Source: Deltaproteobacteria bacterium TMED58 (GTDB lineage Bacteria; Desulfobacterota_D; UBA1144). From it: DNA of 64,000 nt. Location of the stretch: the NCBI GenBank assembly GCA_002167555.2, contig NHDL02000003.1, positions 81,734-145,733 of the forward strand, given 5' to 3'. The translations under genes were made by a program, and so were the position numbers. A model generated the notes under the pieces. That model searched no databases. It saw only the letters and a program-made list of their open reading frames with translations, and was not told the origin of the DNA. Shown piece after piece: positions 1-12,795 of this stretch (the stretch's first letter is position 1; each line of letters starts with the position of its first letter).

Positions 1-3000
1 ATTACCATTCTCAGCAATGATTTTTTCATTAGCCAATATGAATTCATTCTTATCTACAGCCTCTCCTACTAACATGGTTGTATCACCACTATCTACTATT
101 TTAACTCTTTTAAGCATCTGTCTAGCAATAACCTCTATATGCTTGTCGTTTATTCTTACTCCTTGCAGTCTATAGACATCTTGAATCTCATCAACTATAT
201 ATCTAGCTAATTCAATTTCTCCTTTAATTTTCAGGATATCATGTGGGTCAGGTGCACCATCAACAATTTGATCGCCTGATACAATTCTTTCACCCTCTCT
301 AACCAAGATGTGCTTTGCTTTTGGAACCATATACTCTTTAGGGTCTCCAACATCGGGTGTTACTATTATTCTTTTCTTTGATTTTATGTCTTTACCAAAA
401 GAAACAACTCCTTCTATTTCTGATATAACAGCAGGATCTTTTGGCGGTCTTGCCTCAAAAAGTTCAGCTACTCTTGGTAGCCCGCCAGTAATATCTTTTG
501 TTTGAGTTTTCTGGTTAGCGAGCGTTGCGATAAAATCTCCAGGTTCGACTTTTTCTCTTTCATCCTTTCTTATCTCTGAGCCCTTAGGAAGTGGATATTC
601 CACTCTATTTCCATTTTTTCCAACTAGCACTAGAGCAGGATTAAGCTTCTGATCCTTATACTGGATGACTTCTCTAACTGAAAGACCTGTAAACTGGTCA
701 ACAGTTTCTTTGTAAGATATGTTGGGTTCAAGATCTTTATATTCAATATGTCCCTCTTCTTCAGCAATAAAAGGATAAATTGTTGGATCCCATTCAGCTA
801 AGAGTTGTCCCGCTTTTATTTTATCCCCATCATTTGCATATATTTTAGCCCCAATTGTAATTGGATATCTTTCTAGTTCAAGTGAAGTGTTAATGTCTTC
901 TATAACTATTTCAGCAGACTTACTAGTGCAAATATTAACCTTTTTGTTTGCTATAAAGTTCATATCAATAAATCTTACTTTTCCACTATTTTTGGCCTCA
1001 TGTCTAGACTGATCAACCTTAGCTACACCACCAATATGAAAAGTCCTCATTGTAAGTTGTGTTCCAGGCTCTCCAATTGATTGAGCAGCAATTATTCCCA
1101 CGGCTTCACCTGTATTGACTAATTGCCCACTAGCTAAATTTCTACCATAACATAAAGAACAACAGCCACTTTTAGTTGTACAAGTTAATACAGATCTAAT
1201 GTTTACTCTTAATGAACCAGGAATAGAATCAATCTTTTTGGCTATAGATTCATCAACTTCTTGATTTCTTGATGCTATCAACTCGCCATTAAGTGGATCA
1301 AGAACATCTTCAGATAAAATTCTACCTAAAGTTCTCTCCCCTACACTTGCAACAACTTCTCCGCCTTCAACTAACTGGGAAACTTCTAATCCTTCAGATG
1401 TGCCACAATCAAATTCCATAACCATCATTTCTTGAGCCACATCAACTAATCTTCTAGTTAAATATCCTGCATTAGCTGTTTTAAGAGCTGTATCTGCTAA
1501 GCCTTTTCTGGCACCATGAGTAGAAATAAAGTATTGCAATACAGATAAGCCTTCACGGAAATTGGAGGTTATAGGTGTCTCAATAATATCTCCAGATGGT
1601 TTAGCCATCAAACCTCTCATTCCAGCTAACTGCCTAACTTGAGACTGACTTCCCCTTGCTCCTGACTCAACCATCATAAAGATTGGATTATTGCTAGGTT
1701 GCTTAGCCCCACTTTTTAATTCTTTTGATTCAGAAATTTTTCCCATAAGGATATCTCCAATTGAATCACCTGTTCTTGCCCAAACATCTATTACCTTATT
1801 GTATCTCTCTCCATCGGTTATGAGTCCTTGAAGATATTGGTCCTGAATATTCTTAACGTTTGTATTAGCTTCGTTTAACAAATCATCTTTTTCGCTAGGA
1901 ATTGTCATGTCAGAAATAGATACAGATATTCCAGAAGTAGTAGAATGTTTAAACCCAAGTGTTCTTAGCCTATCAGCAAGTAGTACGGTACTCTTACCAC
2001 CCGAAACTCTAAAAGTAGTATCAATAAGATCCTCAATTGCTTTTTTCGTCATCAATCTGTTAACTAGGTGAAAGGGAACTTCATTTGGCATAACTTCAAA
2101 GATCAAAGCCCTTCCAACAGTTGTATCTTCTAAAACACCGTTAATCTTGATTCTTATTTTTGTATGTATTGCTATTTCATTAAGATCAAAAGCAAATCTC
2201 AATTCTTCTATTGAGCTAAAAGCCTTACCTTCACCTGGCAGACCTGGAACTTCTCTACTCATGTAATAAATACCTAAAACTATGTCTTGAGACGGTAAAA
2301 TTACTGGCTTACCGTGTGCGGGTGAAAGAATGTTATTAGTTGACATAACTAATGTACGACATTCTGTCTGAGCTTCAACAGATAATGGAACATGAACAGC
2401 CATTTGGTCGCCATCAAAATCTGCATTAAAAGCAGGGCAAACTAAAGGGTGAAGCTGAATAGCTTTATCTTCAACCAATACGGGCTCAAAAGCTTGAATA
2501 CTCAGCCTGTGCAATGTTGGAGCTCTATTTAGCATAACAGGATGCTCCTTAATAACATCATCTAGAGCATCCCAAACTATTGGTGCTTGTTGCTCTACTA
2601 AATTTTTAGCAATTTTGATTGTTGCAGCATGATTCCATAATTCCAGTTTTTGGTAAATGAAAGGTCTAAAAAGCTCTAAAGCCATTTTTTTTGGTAAACC
2701 GCATTGATGTAATTTTAATTGCGGGCCAACAACTATTACAGATCTACCGGAATAATCTACTCTTTTACCTAATAAGTTTTGACGAAATCTACCCTGCTTC
2801 CCTTTGATTATATCACTAAGACTTTTGAGGGGCCTGTGATTATGGCCAAGCACTGGTCTTCCTCTTCTACCATTTTCAAATAAAGCATCTACGGATTCTT
2901 GGAGCATTCTTTTTTCATTTCTAACAATAATATCTGGTGCGCCAAGCTCCATAAGCTTCTTTAACCTATTATTTCTGTTTATTACTCTTCTATATAAATC

Positions 3001-3786
3001 ATTCAAATCTGATGTCGCAAATCTACCACCGTCTAATGGGACAAGAGGTCTCAAATCTGGAGGTAATACTGGGAGTCTTTTTAATATCATCCACTCTGGC
3101 CTATTGCCGGAATTTCTAAATGATTCTGCCACCCTTAATCTTTTTGAAATTTTCACTCTTTTTAGAGGTGAGCTAGTGGCCTTTAACTCATCTTTTAATT
3201 GTGAAGATAATTCTTCTAAATTTACTTCTTCTAACATTGATCTAATAGCTTCTGCGCCCATTCCTACTAACAAGAAAAAATTATCATCTATATATGTTCT
3301 ATATTGCTCTTCGGTAATAACAGTGCCCTTCTTCAAATCTGAATCCCCTGGATCAGTTACCACATAAGCTTCAAAATATAAGACTTTTTCTAAATCTTTA
3401 AGAGTTATATCCAATATCGAACCAATTCTACTTGGAACACTTTTTAGAAACCATATATGTGCAACAGGTGACGATAGTTCCACATGAGCCATCCTAGACC
3501 TTCTAACTTTACTAGAAATTACTTCTACACCACATTTTTCACAAGTAATTCCTCTGTGTTTAAGCCTTTTATATTTTCCACATAAACATTCGAAATCTTT
3601 CACAGGACCAAATATTTTGCAACAAAAAAGTCCGTATTTTTCTGGCTTAAAAGTCCTATAGTTTATAGTCTCAGGCTTTTTTATCTCACCATATGACCAA
3701 TCTTTAATTTGCTCAGGTGAGGCAATACTAATTCTAATAGAATCAATATCTCCAGGATTTTTTGGTTTATCGAATAAAACACCCAT
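1..3786 (-). CDS. rpoC: DNA-directed RNA polymerase subunit beta' (C-terminal part runs off the window)
   Basis: Absent from the ORF track because it is open at the window edge. Hand translation from ATG at 3786 gives [79 protein letters not shown]. The catalytic [10 protein letters not shown] motif is encoded near 2400-2430. Only 1 nt separates it from the rpoB stop. Confidence 0.97.
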   Translation of the reverse strand, partial: MGVLFDKPKNPGDIDSIRISIASPEQIKDWSYGEIKKPETINYRTFKPEKYGLFCCKIFGPVKDFECLCGKYKRLKHRGITCEKCGVEVISSKVRRSRMAHVELSSPVAHIWFLKSVPSRIGSILDITLKDLEKVLYFEAYVVTDPGDSDLKKGTVITEEQYRTYIDDNFFLLVGMGAEAIRSMLEEVNLEELSSQLKDELKATSSPLKRVKISKRLRVAESFRNSGNRPEWMILKRLPVLPPDLRPLVPLDGGRFATSDLNDLYRRVINRNNRLKKLMELGAPDIIVRNEKRMLQESVDALFENGRRGRPVLGHNHRPLKSLSDIIKGKQGRFRQNLLGKRVDYSGRSVIVVGPQLKLHQCGLPKKMALELFRPFIYQKLELWNHAATIKIAKNLVEQQAPIVWDALDDVIKEHPVMLNRAPTLHRLSIQAFEPVLVEDKAIQLHPLVCPAFNADFDGDQMAVHVPLSVEAQTECRTLVMSTNNILSPAHGKPVILPSQDIVLGIYYMSREVPGLPGEGKAFSSIEELRFAFDLNEIAIHTKIRIKINGVLEDTTVGRALIFEVMPNEVPFHLVNRLMTKKAIEDLIDTTFRVSGGKSTVLLADRLRTLGFKHSTTSGISVSISDMTIPSEKDDLLNEANTNVKNIQDQYLQGLITDGERYNKVIDVWARTGDSIGDILMGKISESKELKSGAKQPSNNPIFMMVESGARGSQSQVRQLAGMRGLMAKPSGDIIETPITSNFREGLSVLQYFISTHGARKGLADTALKTANAGYLTRRLVDVAQEMMVMEFDCGTSEGLEVSQLVEGGEVVASVGERTLGRILSEDVLDPLNGELIASRNQEVDESIAKKIDSIPGSLRVNIRSVLTCTTKSGCCSLCYGRNLASGQLVNTGEAVGIIAAQSIGEPGTQLTMRTFHIGGVAKVDQSRHEAKNSGKVRFIDMNFIANKKVNICTSKSAEIVIEDINTSLELERYPITIGAKIYANDGDKIKAGQLLAEWDPTIYPFIAEEEGHIEYKDLEPNISYKETVDQFTGLSVREVIQYKDQKLNPALVLVGKNGNRVEYPLPKGSEIRKDEREKVEPGDFIATLANQKTQTKDITGGLPRVAELFEARPPKDPAVISEIEGVVSFGKDIKSKKRIIVTPDVGDPKEYMVPKAKHILVREGERIVSGDQIVDGAPDPHDILKIKGEIELARYIVDEIQDVYRLQGVRINDKHIEVIARQMLKRVKIVDSGDTTMLVGEAVDKNEFILANEKIIAENGN

Positions 3787-3787
3787 A

Positions 3788-6700
3788 TCAATCATTAGAT
3801 ACTTCTCCCGCGACTTCGTCTTTTTTGTCACCTAATTCAACATTTAGTCCTAAAGATTTAAGCTCATTTGTTAATACATTAAAAGATTCTGGAATACCAG
3901 GTTCAAAAGCAACTTTATTTTTAACAATAGAATCAAACAACCTAGTTCTTCCTATTACATCATCAGATTTCACTGTCAAAAACTCCTGCAATGTGTTTGC
4001 AGCTCCGTAAGCCTCTAAAGCCCAAACTTCCATTTCACCTAATCTTTGGCCACCAAAGTGAGACTTCCCACCAAGCGGCTGTTGAGTAACTAATGAATAA
4101 GGACCAATTGCACGAGCATGAATTTTTTCCTCTACCAAATGATGGAGTTTTATCATATACATAACTCCAACAGTTACTCTTTGATCAAATGGTTCACCCG
4201 TCTGTCCATTAAAAAGAATAAGCTTACCGTCTTCCGGTAAATAATTATCTTTCAATAAAGAGCGGATTTCTGTTTCCTTTACACCTTCAAAAATTGGAGT
4301 CTCAACTGGAACACCATCTGTTAATCTTTTTGTTAAAGAAAGTAACTCCTCGTGACTAATTTTTTTAACATTCTCAATATAATCTAAATTGTTTGGATAA
4401 ATTTTTTCTAATAATCCCTTCAGGCTTTCCAAGTCAGAGTGATTTTTATCTAAATGCTCTTGTATCTGATGTCCAAGAGACTTAGAAGCGAGGCCTAAAT
4501 GTGTCTCTAAAACTTGACCGACGTTCATTCTAGAAGGAACCCCTAAAGGATTAAGAACCATATCAACTGGTGTTCCATCAGACATATATGGCATATCTTC
4601 CTCAGGCAGAACCCTGGAAACAACACCTTTGTTTCCATGCCTTCCAGCCATCTTATCACCAACTTGGTGCTTCCTTTTAACTGCGACATATACCTTAATT
4701 ATTTTTAAAACACCTGGAGGTAAATCATCGGGTTTAGATATTTTTTCAATTTGCTCTGAATATCTGGTATCTATACTCAGTATCTTTTCCTCAGAAATTT
4801 TTAGGGTATCTTCAATCTCTTTGGAATTTTTTTCAATGTTATCAAATACTATAGTTTCTATTTTTGAATATGGCACTAAAGCAAAATTATCTTCGTCAAT
4901 AACAGCTTCTTTTTTGATGACTACCTTTCTTCCATCACGAATAGCATTATGAGAGACTTTACCAATGAATATATTCTTTAATTTTGTCCTTGATTCTACT
5001 TGAACAATATTTATCTCTTGCTCTTTCTCCCTTAACAATTCAAGAACTTCAGGTGAGCCAGATCTTGATTTATCTTGTTTATCACCAATTCTTGAAATAA
5101 GATGTTTAACATCTAGCACAATACCATTGACTCCAGGAGGAACTCTAAGAGAAGTATCTTTAACATCTCCTGCTTTATCACCAAATATAGCTCTTAAGAG
5201 TCTTTCTTCTGGTGACAACTGTGTTTCGCCTTTTGGTGAAATCTTACCAACTAATATATCATTAGGCTTTACTTCTGCCCCTATCTGAACAACACCTTCT
5301 TTATCTAAAAATGATAAATGTTCTTCGTTAACGTTAGGAATATCTCTAGTAATTTCTTCTTTACCCAACTTTGTTTCTCTGGAAACACATTCAAACTCTT
5401 CAATATGAAGGGATGTGAAGGTATCCTTTTTTGCTAATTTTTCACTAATTAATATTGCGTCCTCAAAGTTGTATCCACCCCAAGGCATAAATGCCACGGT
5501 TATATTTTTTCCTAAAGCCAATTCTCCATATTCTGTAGAAGGCCCATCAGCAATTATATCTCCAGCCAAAACTTTTTGCCCTTTTTTTACAATAGGTTTT
5601 TGATTCCAGCAAGTATTTTGATTTGATCTCTCAAACTTAATCAATGTATATATATCTGAAACGTCTCCATCACTTGTAGGCTTGTCTTTTTTTATTACAA
5701 TTTTTGATGAATCAATATAGTCTACAATTCCAGAATTTCTAGCTAGAACAGTTACACCAGAATCTCTCGAAATATTTCTTTCAAAACCTGTTCCTACTAA
5801 TGGGGCAGAAGCTCTTAAAAGCGGTACGGCTTGCCTTTGCATATTTGACCCCATAAGGGCTCTATTCGCATCGTCATGCTCTAAAAAAGGAATAAGAGAA
5901 GCGGAAACTGAAACTAATTGAGATGGTGATACATCCATTAATTGTGCATCATTTTTTGGAACGACCTGAAATTCTCCTTTAATTCTTACTGAAATTAAAT
6001 CATTTATAAAATTACCATCATTATCTAACTCCGAATTAGCCTGAGCTATAACAAAATCTTCTTCTTCTAAGGCATTAAGAAACTTTATATTATTAGTAAC
6101 TTTACCATTCACGATATCTCTATATGGTGTCTGAATAAAACCATGCTCATTAATTTTGGCGTAAGTACTTAGACTTGAAATAAGTCCAATATTTGGGCCT
6201 TCAGGTGTCTCAATGGGGCAGATTCTACCATAATGGGACGAGTGAACATCTCTTACTTCAAATCCTGCTCTCTCTCTGGTTAAGCCTCCTGGACCTAATG
6301 CACTAATTCTTCGCTTGTGTGTTATCTCTGATAAAGGGTTAGTTTGGTCCATAAATTGAGATAATTGTCCAGTGGCAAAAAATTCTTTAACCACTGAGGT
6401 GACACTTTTTGGTATTACAATTTCCTGAGGGGTTAAATCCTCTAATTGACCGTAGTTCATTTTTTCTTTTGTGGTTCTCGTCAATCTCTCTACACCAGTA
6501 AAAAATCTATCTTCAATAAGCTCTCCCACAGTTCTTACTCTTCTATTTCCAAGATGATCAATGTCATCAACTTCACCTCTCCCAGACTTTAAAGCCAAGA
6601 GGTATTTAAAAGATTCAATTATATCTAGCCTATCTAGATGAAGCTTTGTATTTGGAACTCCATGGTTCAACTTATGATTAATCTTCATTCTTCCCACTTT

Positions 6701-7966
6701 TGACAGCCTATATGTATCTACATTAAAAAACATATTATCAAAAAAAGTTGCTGCAATTTTATCAGTTGGAGGATCTGTTGGTCTAAACTTTTTATATATC
6801 TCAGAGATGGCTTGCTCTTTACTCGTTACTTTAGATTTAGAAATCATTTCGTTTATGGTTAAAACCAAAGAATTAGTAAAGGAACTATTGTCAACATAGT
6901 AACATTCGAACGATTTAATTTGATTATCTTTAATATGGTTAATGGTATCCTCGGTTATTTCTTGAATTAATGAATTCTCTAAAGCTTCTGGCTCTTCTGT
7001 ATTCTTTTGAAAGCTTTCAACTAAAAACATCCCAACTAAATCTTCTTCAGTTAAAGGTAAAGTTTTTAGTTTTGCAGATTTAATTTTATCAATTATCCTA
7101 TCTGAAAATCTTCTAGTAGCAGCGACTATCCTTTCTCCTGAAGAATCAAAAATATCCTCTGAAGCTCTTTGATATGTTAATAGATTATAGTTTACCTCTT
7201 TACTAAACTTTCCTGTTTCAGAATCATATATTATTTTTTCTTTGGAATAAAAAGAATTTAGTATTTCTTCAATGGACTCTCCAAGCGCTAACAGGAGTAA
7301 AGTTGAATGAAATTTCTTTTTACGATCTATTCTGACATGTAATACATCTTTTGAATCAAATTCAAAATCAAGCCACCTTCCATCTTGAGGGACAATCCTA
7401 GCTGTAAAAGAGGTTTTATTAGTAGTTGTAAGATTCTTAGAATCTTTTTGTGAATCAAAGAATACACCAGGAGATCTATGTAGCTGATTAACTATAACTC
7501 TTTCTGTTCCATTAATAATAAAAGCTCCATTTGTAGTCATAATTGGAATTTCGCCAAAATACACTTCCTGTTCAATGGCTCTTCCAAATCTCCTTGTCTC
7601 TAAAATATTATTTCCAGCTTCATCTAAATCAAACTCCCAAGTAACTAACTGAAATGTTGCATGAATTGATGATTGATAGTTATATCCTTTTAATTTACAT
7701 TCTGATTCAGAATGCTTAGGATCTTCTAGTCGATAAGATACATAATTTAAAGTTGCTCTCTTATTATAATCTTCAATTGGAAAAGAGGCCTTAAATACCT
7801 TTTCGAGTCCTATATTAAGCCTGCTAGCAGGATCTAATCCCTTTTGAATTAGATTATCAAATGATTCTTTTTGAACACTTAATAAATCAGGCGTGTCTGT
7901 CTTGTTTTCAGACTTATTACTAAAACTAATTCTTTTCTTGGTTAACAGTATATTATCTTTATACAA
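3788..7966 (-). CDS. rpoB: DNA-directed RNA polymerase subunit beta
   Basis: 1392-aa ORF with RpoB signatures ([63 protein letters not shown]). TTG start lies 8 nt after AAGGAG. Confidence 0.98.
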   Translation of the reverse strand: MYKDNILLTKKRISFSNKSENKTDTPDLLSVQKESFDNLIQKGLDPASRLNIGLEKVFKASFPIEDYNKRATLNYVSYRLEDPKHSESECKLKGYNYQSSIHATFQLVTWEFDLDEAGNNILETRRFGRAIEQEVYFGEIPIMTTNGAFIINGTERVIVNQLHRSPGVFFDSQKDSKNLTTTNKTSFTARIVPQDGRWLDFEFDSKDVLHVRIDRKKKFHSTLLLLALGESIEEILNSFYSKEKIIYDSETGKFSKEVNYNLLTYQRASEDIFDSSGERIVAATRRFSDRIIDKIKSAKLKTLPLTEEDLVGMFLVESFQKNTEEPEALENSLIQEITEDTINHIKDNQIKSFECYYVDNSSFTNSLVLTINEMISKSKVTSKEQAISEIYKKFRPTDPPTDKIAATFFDNMFFNVDTYRLSKVGRMKINHKLNHGVPNTKLHLDRLDIIESFKYLLALKSGRGEVDDIDHLGNRRVRTVGELIEDRFFTGVERLTRTTKEKMNYGQLEDLTPQEIVIPKSVTSVVKEFFATGQLSQFMDQTNPLSEITHKRRISALGPGGLTRERAGFEVRDVHSSHYGRICPIETPEGPNIGLISSLSTYAKINEHGFIQTPYRDIVNGKVTNNIKFLNALEEEDFVIAQANSELDNDGNFINDLISVRIKGEFQVVPKNDAQLMDVSPSQLVSVSASLIPFLEHDDANRALMGSNMQRQAVPLLRASAPLVGTGFERNISRDSGVTVLARNSGIVDYIDSSKIVIKKDKPTSDGDVSDIYTLIKFERSNQNTCWNQKPIVKKGQKVLAGDIIADGPSTEYGELALGKNITVAFMPWGGYNFEDAILISEKLAKKDTFTSLHIEEFECVSRETKLGKEEITRDIPNVNEEHLSFLDKEGVVQIGAEVKPNDILVGKISPKGETQLSPEERLLRAIFGDKAGDVKDTSLRVPPGVNGIVLDVKHLISRIGDKQDKSRSGSPEVLELLREKEQEINIVQVESRTKLKNIFIGKVSHNAIRDGRKVVIKKEAVIDEDNFALVPYSKIETIVFDNIEKNSKEIEDTLKISEEKILSIDTRYSEQIEKISKPDDLPPGVLKIIKVYVAVKRKHQVGDKMAGRHGNKGVVSRVLPEEDMPYMSDGTPVDMVLNPLGVPSRMNVGQVLETHLGLASKSLGHQIQEHLDKNHSDLESLKGLLEKIYPNNLDYIENVKKISHEELLSLTKRLTDGVPVETPIFEGVKETEIRSLLKDNYLPEDGKLILFNGQTGEPFDQRVTVGVMYMIKLHHLVEEKIHARAIGPYSLVTQQPLGGKSHFGGQRLGEMEVWALEAYGAANTLQEFLTVKSDDVIGRTRLFDSIVKNKVAFEPGIPESFNVLTNELKSLGLNVELGDKKDEVAGEVSND

Positions 7967-8005
7967 AAAGTACTCTCCTTGGATTAAACAAAATAAATAC
8001 TAAGA

Positions 8006-8392
8006 CTATGCTAATGTAACTTTAGCGCCAACTTCTTCAAGTCTTTTCTTCACTTCTTCCGCTTCATCTTTCTTGACCCCTTCTTTGAGAGGTTTTGGGG
8101 CAGATTCAACAAGCTCTTTTGCTTCTTTTAATCCAAGAGCAGTAATTTCTCTGACAATTTTAATAACTTTAATCTTTTCAGATCCAGCTTCAGCCAGAGT
8201 TATATTAAATTCTGTTTTTTCAGCTGCAGGAGCGTCTCCACCAGCAGCAGGTGCAGCTGCGGCAGCAACAGCAACTGGTGCGGCTGCTTCAACACCAAAT
8301 TTTTCTTCTATATCTTTTACTAGCTCTGAAATTTCCAGCAAACTAGCTTTTTCTAGATAAGTAATGACATCTTGTTTTGATAGTTCAGGCAT
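8006..8392 (-). CDS. rplL: 50S ribosomal protein L7/L12
   Basis: 128 aa with an Ala/Pro-rich hinge and a C-terminal [10 protein letters not shown]-type domain. GGAGGA lies upstream and the gene sits in the rplJ-rplL-rpoB context. Confidence 0.97.
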   Translation of the reverse strand: MPELSKQDVITYLEKASLLEISELVKDIEEKFGVEAAAPVAVAAAAAPAAGGDAPAAEKTEFNITLAEAGSEKIKVIKIVREITALGLKEAKELVESAPKPLKEGVKKDEAEEVKKRLEEVGAKVTLA

Positions 8393-8429
8393 AAAAATCC
8401 TCCAAATATTGAATTCGTATTATATACGT

Positions 8430-8945
8430 TTATTTTTTATCTTTCAAGTTATTTAATACATTAACTAGATTTCTAGGAATTGCTTGGGAAACATTTATAA
8501 ATTTAATTAATGGCTGGTTCAACATAGATATCAGCTGACCAATTAATATTTCTCGTGAAGGAAGCTTGGATATCTTTTCTAATTCTGACTTATCAACTGA
8601 CTTTCCTTCAATAAAACCTATACGAATTTCAAGATTAGGATAATCTTTCTCTATTTCTACAAAGGTTTTTGTAACTTCAACATAATTCTCTTCTAAAAAG
8701 GTTATTGCAGTTTCTCCAGAAGCATCAGTAAAAATTGACTCAAATTCAGTATCTACGGAGGCTTTTTTCAACAAATTATTCTTAACAACAGTCAAGACGG
8801 CGTTGTTTGCTCTCAACTTCTTCCTTAAAAGCTCAAACTCAGATACTTTTGCACCCCTAAAATTTACTAATAAAAAAGAAGGAGTATCTGCGAATGAACT
8901 CTTAAAGTTATTAACTATTTGCTCTTTTTGTTCTCTTCCTAACAT
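8430..8945 (-). CDS. rplJ: 50S ribosomal protein L10
   Basis: 171 aa, positioned between rplA and rplL. The N-terminus (REQKEQIV...) is L10-like. Confidence 0.93.
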   Translation of the reverse strand: MLGREQKEQIVNNFKSSFADTPSFLLVNFRGAKVSEFELLRKKLRANNAVLTVVKNNLLKKASVDTEFESIFTDASGETAITFLEENYVEVTKTFVEIEKDYPNLEIRIGFIEGKSVDKSELEKISKLPSREILIGQLISMLNQPLIKFINVSQAIPRNLVNVLNNLKDKK

Positions 8946-8949
8946 TTAA

Positions 8950-9681
8950 CTAGGCCATTGCTCCGTTATATTTTTTCAACTCTTCTTTGAGTAATGCAAC
9001 ATCAATCTTAAAACCAGGACCCATAGTGCTAGAGACACTCACCTTCTTAAAGTAATTGCCCTTAGAAGATGCGGGTTTAGACTTATTAATCGACTGAACT
9101 AAAAAGTATAGATTATCCATAATTTTTGCAATTTCAAATGATTTTTTACCACATGGAAAATTAACTAATCCTAACTTATCATTTTTTATCTCAATTCTAC
9201 CTGCTTTTGCATCCTTAATAGCCTTTTCCACATCACTTGTAACAGTTCCCATTTTAGGGCTTGGCATTAAACCTTTAGGTCCTAGTACTTGTCCCAATCT
9301 TGCAATTTTAGGCATCATTTCGGGAATTGACACCAAAACGTCAAAATCTGTCCATTTCTCATTAATAATTTTTTCAATCATATCTTCCCCACCCACATAA
9401 TCAGCGCCCGAAGATTCAGCCTTTTTAACATGTTCACCATTACATATGGCAACTACTCGTACTTTTTTTCCTAGAGGATTTGGAGGTACTGTCGCAATTT
9501 TTATCTGTTGATCCGACTTCTTAGGATCTATTCCCAATTGAATAGATAAATCAATTGTTTCATCAAACTTTGAAGTACTAATACTTTTAATTATCTCAAT
9601 TGCCTCACTAGGTGAATAAAATTTATTCTTATCAATTTTATCATTATCTAAAATAACTTTTTTATTTTTTGTTGTCTTCAT
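8950..9681 (-). CDS. rplA: 50S ribosomal protein L1
   Basis: 243 aa with L1-like motifs (LGPKGLMPSPKMGTVT) and conserved rplK-rplA order. Confidence 0.96.
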   Translation of the reverse strand: MKTTKNKKVILDNDKIDKNKFYSPSEAIEIIKSISTSKFDETIDLSIQLGIDPKKSDQQIKIATVPPNPLGKKVRVVAICNGEHVKKAESSGADYVGGEDMIEKIINEKWTDFDVLVSIPEMMPKIARLGQVLGPKGLMPSPKMGTVTSDVEKAIKDAKAGRIEIKNDKLGLVNFPCGKKSFEIAKIMDNLYFLVQSINKSKPASSKGNYFKKVSVSSTMGPGFKIDVALLKEELKKYNGAMA

Positions 9682-9689
9682 AATCCTAC

Positions 9690-10109
9690 CTATCCTTTAA
9701 TTTCTACTCCCATACTTCGTGCTGTACCCTCAACAATTTTTTTAGCTGCGTCTATATCATTTGCATTGATATCATCCATCTTAGTTTTAGCAATTTCTTC
9801 CAGCTGTGATTCAGAAATCTTTCCAACTTTAACTAGAGGGACAGTACTAGATCCTTTCTCGATTTTTGCTGCCTTTTTTATTAAATAAGAAACAGGTGGA
9901 GTTTTAACAACAAAAGAAAAAGATTTATCAGAATATACGGTCACTACAACTGGCAGCAAACCTTCCAGCTTATCAGTTTGTGCATTAAAAGCCTTGCAGA
10001 ATTCCATTATGTTGATTCCTTTTTGTCCTAAAGCTGGACCTATGGGTGGTGCCGGAGAAGCTTTACCTGCCTCACATAATAATTTTAAAGATCCCTGAAC
10101 TTTTTTCAT
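9690..10109 (-). CDS. rplK: 50S ribosomal protein L11
   Basis: 139 aa with the L11 signature [24 protein letters not shown]. Confidence 0.97.
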   Translation of the reverse strand: MKKVQGSLKLLCEAGKASPAPPIGPALGQKGINIMEFCKAFNAQTDKLEGLLPVVVTVYSDKSFSFVVKTPPVSYLIKKAAKIEKGSSTVPLVKVGKISESQLEEIAKTKMDDINANDIDAAKKIVEGTARSMGVEIKG

Positions 10110-10667
10110 CTAAATTTTCTCCACTTGATTAAAATCTAAATCGATAGGTGTTGCCCTACCAAAGATTTCAACTAAAACTTGTATTTTTCCTTTATCCATT
10201 TTAACTTCTTCAACCATACCTGTAAAATTCTCGAAGGGCCCTTCTATTACTTTGACTGACTCACCCTTATCAAAAATAACTTTTGGCGTCGGCTTTAAGG
10301 TTCCCTCTTCTATTTTATTCCTCATTTTATTAATTTCAGACTCATCAACTGTAGGCACAGATTCCACTATTAATTTTCCATCCTTAACCTTCCCCCCGAC
10401 AAATCCAATCACCTTAGGTATATTTCTTAAAAAATGCCAAGACTCCTCATTCAGCTGTGTTTTCACTAAAAGGTAGCCAGGAAAAAATTTTTTTTCTGAT
10501 GTTTTTTTTCTACCGCCCTTTAATTGCTCTTCTATAGTTTCTGTAGGTACAAGGATATCTGAAATCAATTCCTCACACTTATCCATTTTCATCTGTGCAA
10601 TTATATAACCTTTTACTGTATCTTCCGATCCAGTATTACAGTGAACAACGTACCACTTTTCTGCCAT
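10110..10667 (-). CDS. nusG: transcription termination/antitermination factor NusG
   Basis: 185 aa with an N-terminal WYVVHCNTGSE NGN domain and a C-terminal KOW (GESVKVIEGPFENFTGMVEEV). secE-nusG-rplK order is conserved. Confidence 0.96.
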   Translation of the reverse strand: MAEKWYVVHCNTGSEDTVKGYIIAQMKMDKCEELISDILVPTETIEEQLKGGRKKTSEKKFFPGYLLVKTQLNEESWHFLRNIPKVIGFVGGKVKDGKLIVESVPTVDESEINKMRNKIEEGTLKPTPKVIFDKGESVKVIEGPFENFTGMVEEVKMDKGKIQVLVEIFGRATPIDLDFNQVEKI

Positions 10668-10847
10668 TTAGTTACCACCCAATAAAAATTCAGTAATTGA
10701 AGACAAAATAAAATCAACAAGTAATAAAAATATTCCTAATATTATAGTAACGAGCACTACACCACCTGTGGATTTAATATTTTCTCTTTTATTTATCCAA
10801 GAGATTTTACCTAATTCTGATTTAATATCATCAAAAAATTTTTTCAT
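10668..10847 (-). CDS. secE: preprotein translocase subunit SecE
   Basis: 59 aa from ATG 10847 (MKKFFDDIKSELGKISWINKRE plus one TM). The ORF-track start at 10874 would overlap rpiB by 26 nt. The ATG at 10847 leaves a 1-nt gap after the rpiB stop. Confidence 0.85.
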   Translation of the reverse strand: MKKFFDDIKSELGKISWINKRENIKSTGGVVLVTIILGIFLLLVDFILSSITEFLLGGN

Positions 10848-10848
10848 A

Positions 10849-11301
10849 TTACTCCGCGAAATTGATATTTTCAATTTGCTTTAACTTATTTAGCCTAACA
10901 TCATGCCTTCCTGCTTCATAGTCAGTAGTAAGCCATAGCTCTATTATATTCTTAGCGACGTCAGTTGATACATATTTTGAGCCTAAAGTTATAACATTTG
11001 AGTTATTATGAGCTCTTGACATGATAGCAAGATTAACATCATTTGCAACTACAGCCCTAATATTTGGGTATTTATTAGCGACAATATTCATTCCAGAACC
11101 TGATGCGCATATAAGTATTCCTCTATCATATTGGCCCTGGGAAACTTTTAAAGAGACTTCAGCAGCAGAATCAGGGTAGTCAGATTTTTCCTCGGAAAAT
11201 GTTCCAAAATCCTTGTAATCAAAACCTAGTTTTTGAATATAATCTTTTAAATCTTCTTTTAAAATGAAGCCTCTATGGTCAGAACCTATTGCGATTTTCA
11301 T
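10849..11301 (-). CDS. rpiB: ribose-5-phosphate isomerase B (RpiB/LacAB family)
   Basis: 150 aa with MKIAIGSDHRGF and ILICASGSGMNIVANK, typical RpiB motifs. Confidence 0.93.
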   Translation of the reverse strand: MKIAIGSDHRGFILKEDLKDYIQKLGFDYKDFGTFSEEKSDYPDSAAEVSLKVSQGQYDRGILICASGSGMNIVANKYPNIRAVVANDVNLAIMSRAHNNSNVITLGSKYVSTDVAKNIIELWLTTDYEAGRHDVRLNKLKQIENINFAE

Positions 11302-11303
11302 TG

Positions 11304-12539
11304 TTAATCCTCAAACTTCTTAAAAATTAAAGTACAATTAGTTCCCCCAAATCCAAAAGAGTTGCTGACAGCAATCTTTATGTCTTTATCTAAGGTCTCA
11401 TGTGGAACATAATTTAAATCACACCCTTCTTGTGGATTATCCAAATTTATAGTAGGTGGAACTACTCCCTCATGAAGAGCTAGAGATGTTATCCCTGCCT
11501 CTAATCCTCCGGCAGCGCCAAGAAGATGACCTGTAATAGATTTAGTTGAGCTAACTAAAAGGTTGTAAGAATGTTCACCAAAAACTTTTTTAATTGCATT
11601 TGTCTCATTTATATCATTTTGCTGGGTTGATGTTCCATGAGCATTAATATAGTCAACATCTTCAGGATTAATATTTGAATTTTTTAACGCAGATTCCATA
11701 CAAATAACTGGACCATCAATATTTGGGGAAGTTATATGATGAGCGTCTCCGCTCATACCAGAGCCGATAAGCTCAGCATATATAGTAGCACCACGTTTTT
11801 TTGCATGCTCCATTTCTTCTAAAACAATAAGACCAGAGCCTTCACCCATAACAAAACCATCTCTATCATTATCAAAAGGCCTTGAGGCCGCACTAGGATT
11901 ATCATTTCTTGTTGAAATAGCTCTCATAACATTAAAACCAGATATTGCTACGTGAACTAATGGAGCTTCGGCACCGCCGGCTACCATAGCAACAGCATCA
12001 CCTCTTTCAATCATCATCGCGGCATATCCAATTGAATGTGCTCCAGCCGCACAAGCTGTACAAGCAGCACAGTTTGGCCCTTTTAAGTTATTAAAAATTG
12101 AAACATATCCCGCGGCCATATTTGGAACCATAGATGGAACAAAGAAAGGGGAAACTCTTGAAGGTCCTTTGTCGTTATAGACAAGAGTATTATCAACAAA
12201 AGTCTGTATGCCACCAATTCCTGAACCTATATAAGATCCAACCAAATGGGAATTTGAGTCATTAATTTCTAGCTTGGAATCTTTTAATGCTAAAGATGCA
12301 GCAGCAACAGCAAATCTTATAAATGGATCGCTTCTTCTAGCTTCTTTTGCATCCATAAAATCTTCTGCATTAAAATCAGAAGAAACCTCTGCACCAAATT
12401 TTGTTTTTAAATCTGATGCATCAACTTTTTTTAAAAAGTCTACTCCAGATATACCATCTTTTATTTTTGGCCAAATTTCATTATGCCCTATTCCTAGGGA
12501 AGATAACATTCCAATTCCAGTTATTACGACTCTTTTCAT
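11304..12539 (-). CDS. fabF: 3-oxoacyl-ACP synthase II
   Basis: 411 aa with active-site Cys context ACTACAAGAH, then HGTST and GHLLGAAG. It lies downstream of acpP. Confidence 0.96.
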   Translation of the reverse strand: MKRVVITGIGMLSSLGIGHNEIWPKIKDGISGVDFLKKVDASDLKTKFGAEVSSDFNAEDFMDAKEARRSDPFIRFAVAAASLALKDSKLEINDSNSHLVGSYIGSGIGGIQTFVDNTLVYNDKGPSRVSPFFVPSMVPNMAAGYVSIFNNLKGPNCAACTACAAGAHSIGYAAMMIERGDAVAMVAGGAEAPLVHVAISGFNVMRAISTRNDNPSAASRPFDNDRDGFVMGEGSGLIVLEEMEHAKKRGATIYAELIGSGMSGDAHHITSPNIDGPVICMESALKNSNINPEDVDYINAHGTSTQQNDINETNAIKKVFGEHSYNLLVSSTKSITGHLLGAAGGLEAGITSLALHEGVVPPTINLDNPQEGCDLNYVPHETLDKDIKIAVSNSFGFGGTNCTLIFKKFED

Positions 12540-12543
12540 AATA

Positions 12544-12783
12544 TTACTTTGAATTCTTTACAACGTAGTCGACTGCATCGCTTACTTTAAGAATTTTCTC
12601 TGCATCCTCGTCAGCAATTTCAACACCAAACTCGTCTTCCATGCTCATGATAAGCTCAACTAAGTCTAAAGAGTCCGCACCTAAATCTTCGATAAATTGC
12701 GAATCAAGCGTTACTTCATTCTCAGATTTTCCTAACTGCTCTGCAATTAAAGATACTACCTTTTGTTTAATTTCTTCTGACAT
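12544..12783 (-). CDS. acpP: acyl carrier protein
   Basis: 79 aa with the [14 protein letters not shown] phosphopantetheine-attachment motif. Confidence 0.97.
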   Translation of the reverse strand: MSEEIKQKVVSLIAEQLGKSENEVTLDSQFIEDLGADSLDLVELIMSMEDEFGVEIADEDAEKILKVSDAVDYVVKNSK

Positions 12784-12795
12784 AATAGTCCTCCA

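Noticed and set aside
308-5603. Plus-strand ORFs of 62-107 aa (308-505, 3104-3367, 3762-4010, 4629-4952, 5415-5603) inside rpoC and rpoB
   Set aside because: They lie antisense to strongly conserved coding sequence. Their translations are low-complexity (S/F/L/I-rich) with no motifs. This is typical of shadow ORFs in AT-rich DNA.
8073-8360. 95-aa plus-strand ORF with an Ala-rich stretch
   Set aside because: It is the antisense mirror of the Ala-rich hinge of rplL, not an independent gene.
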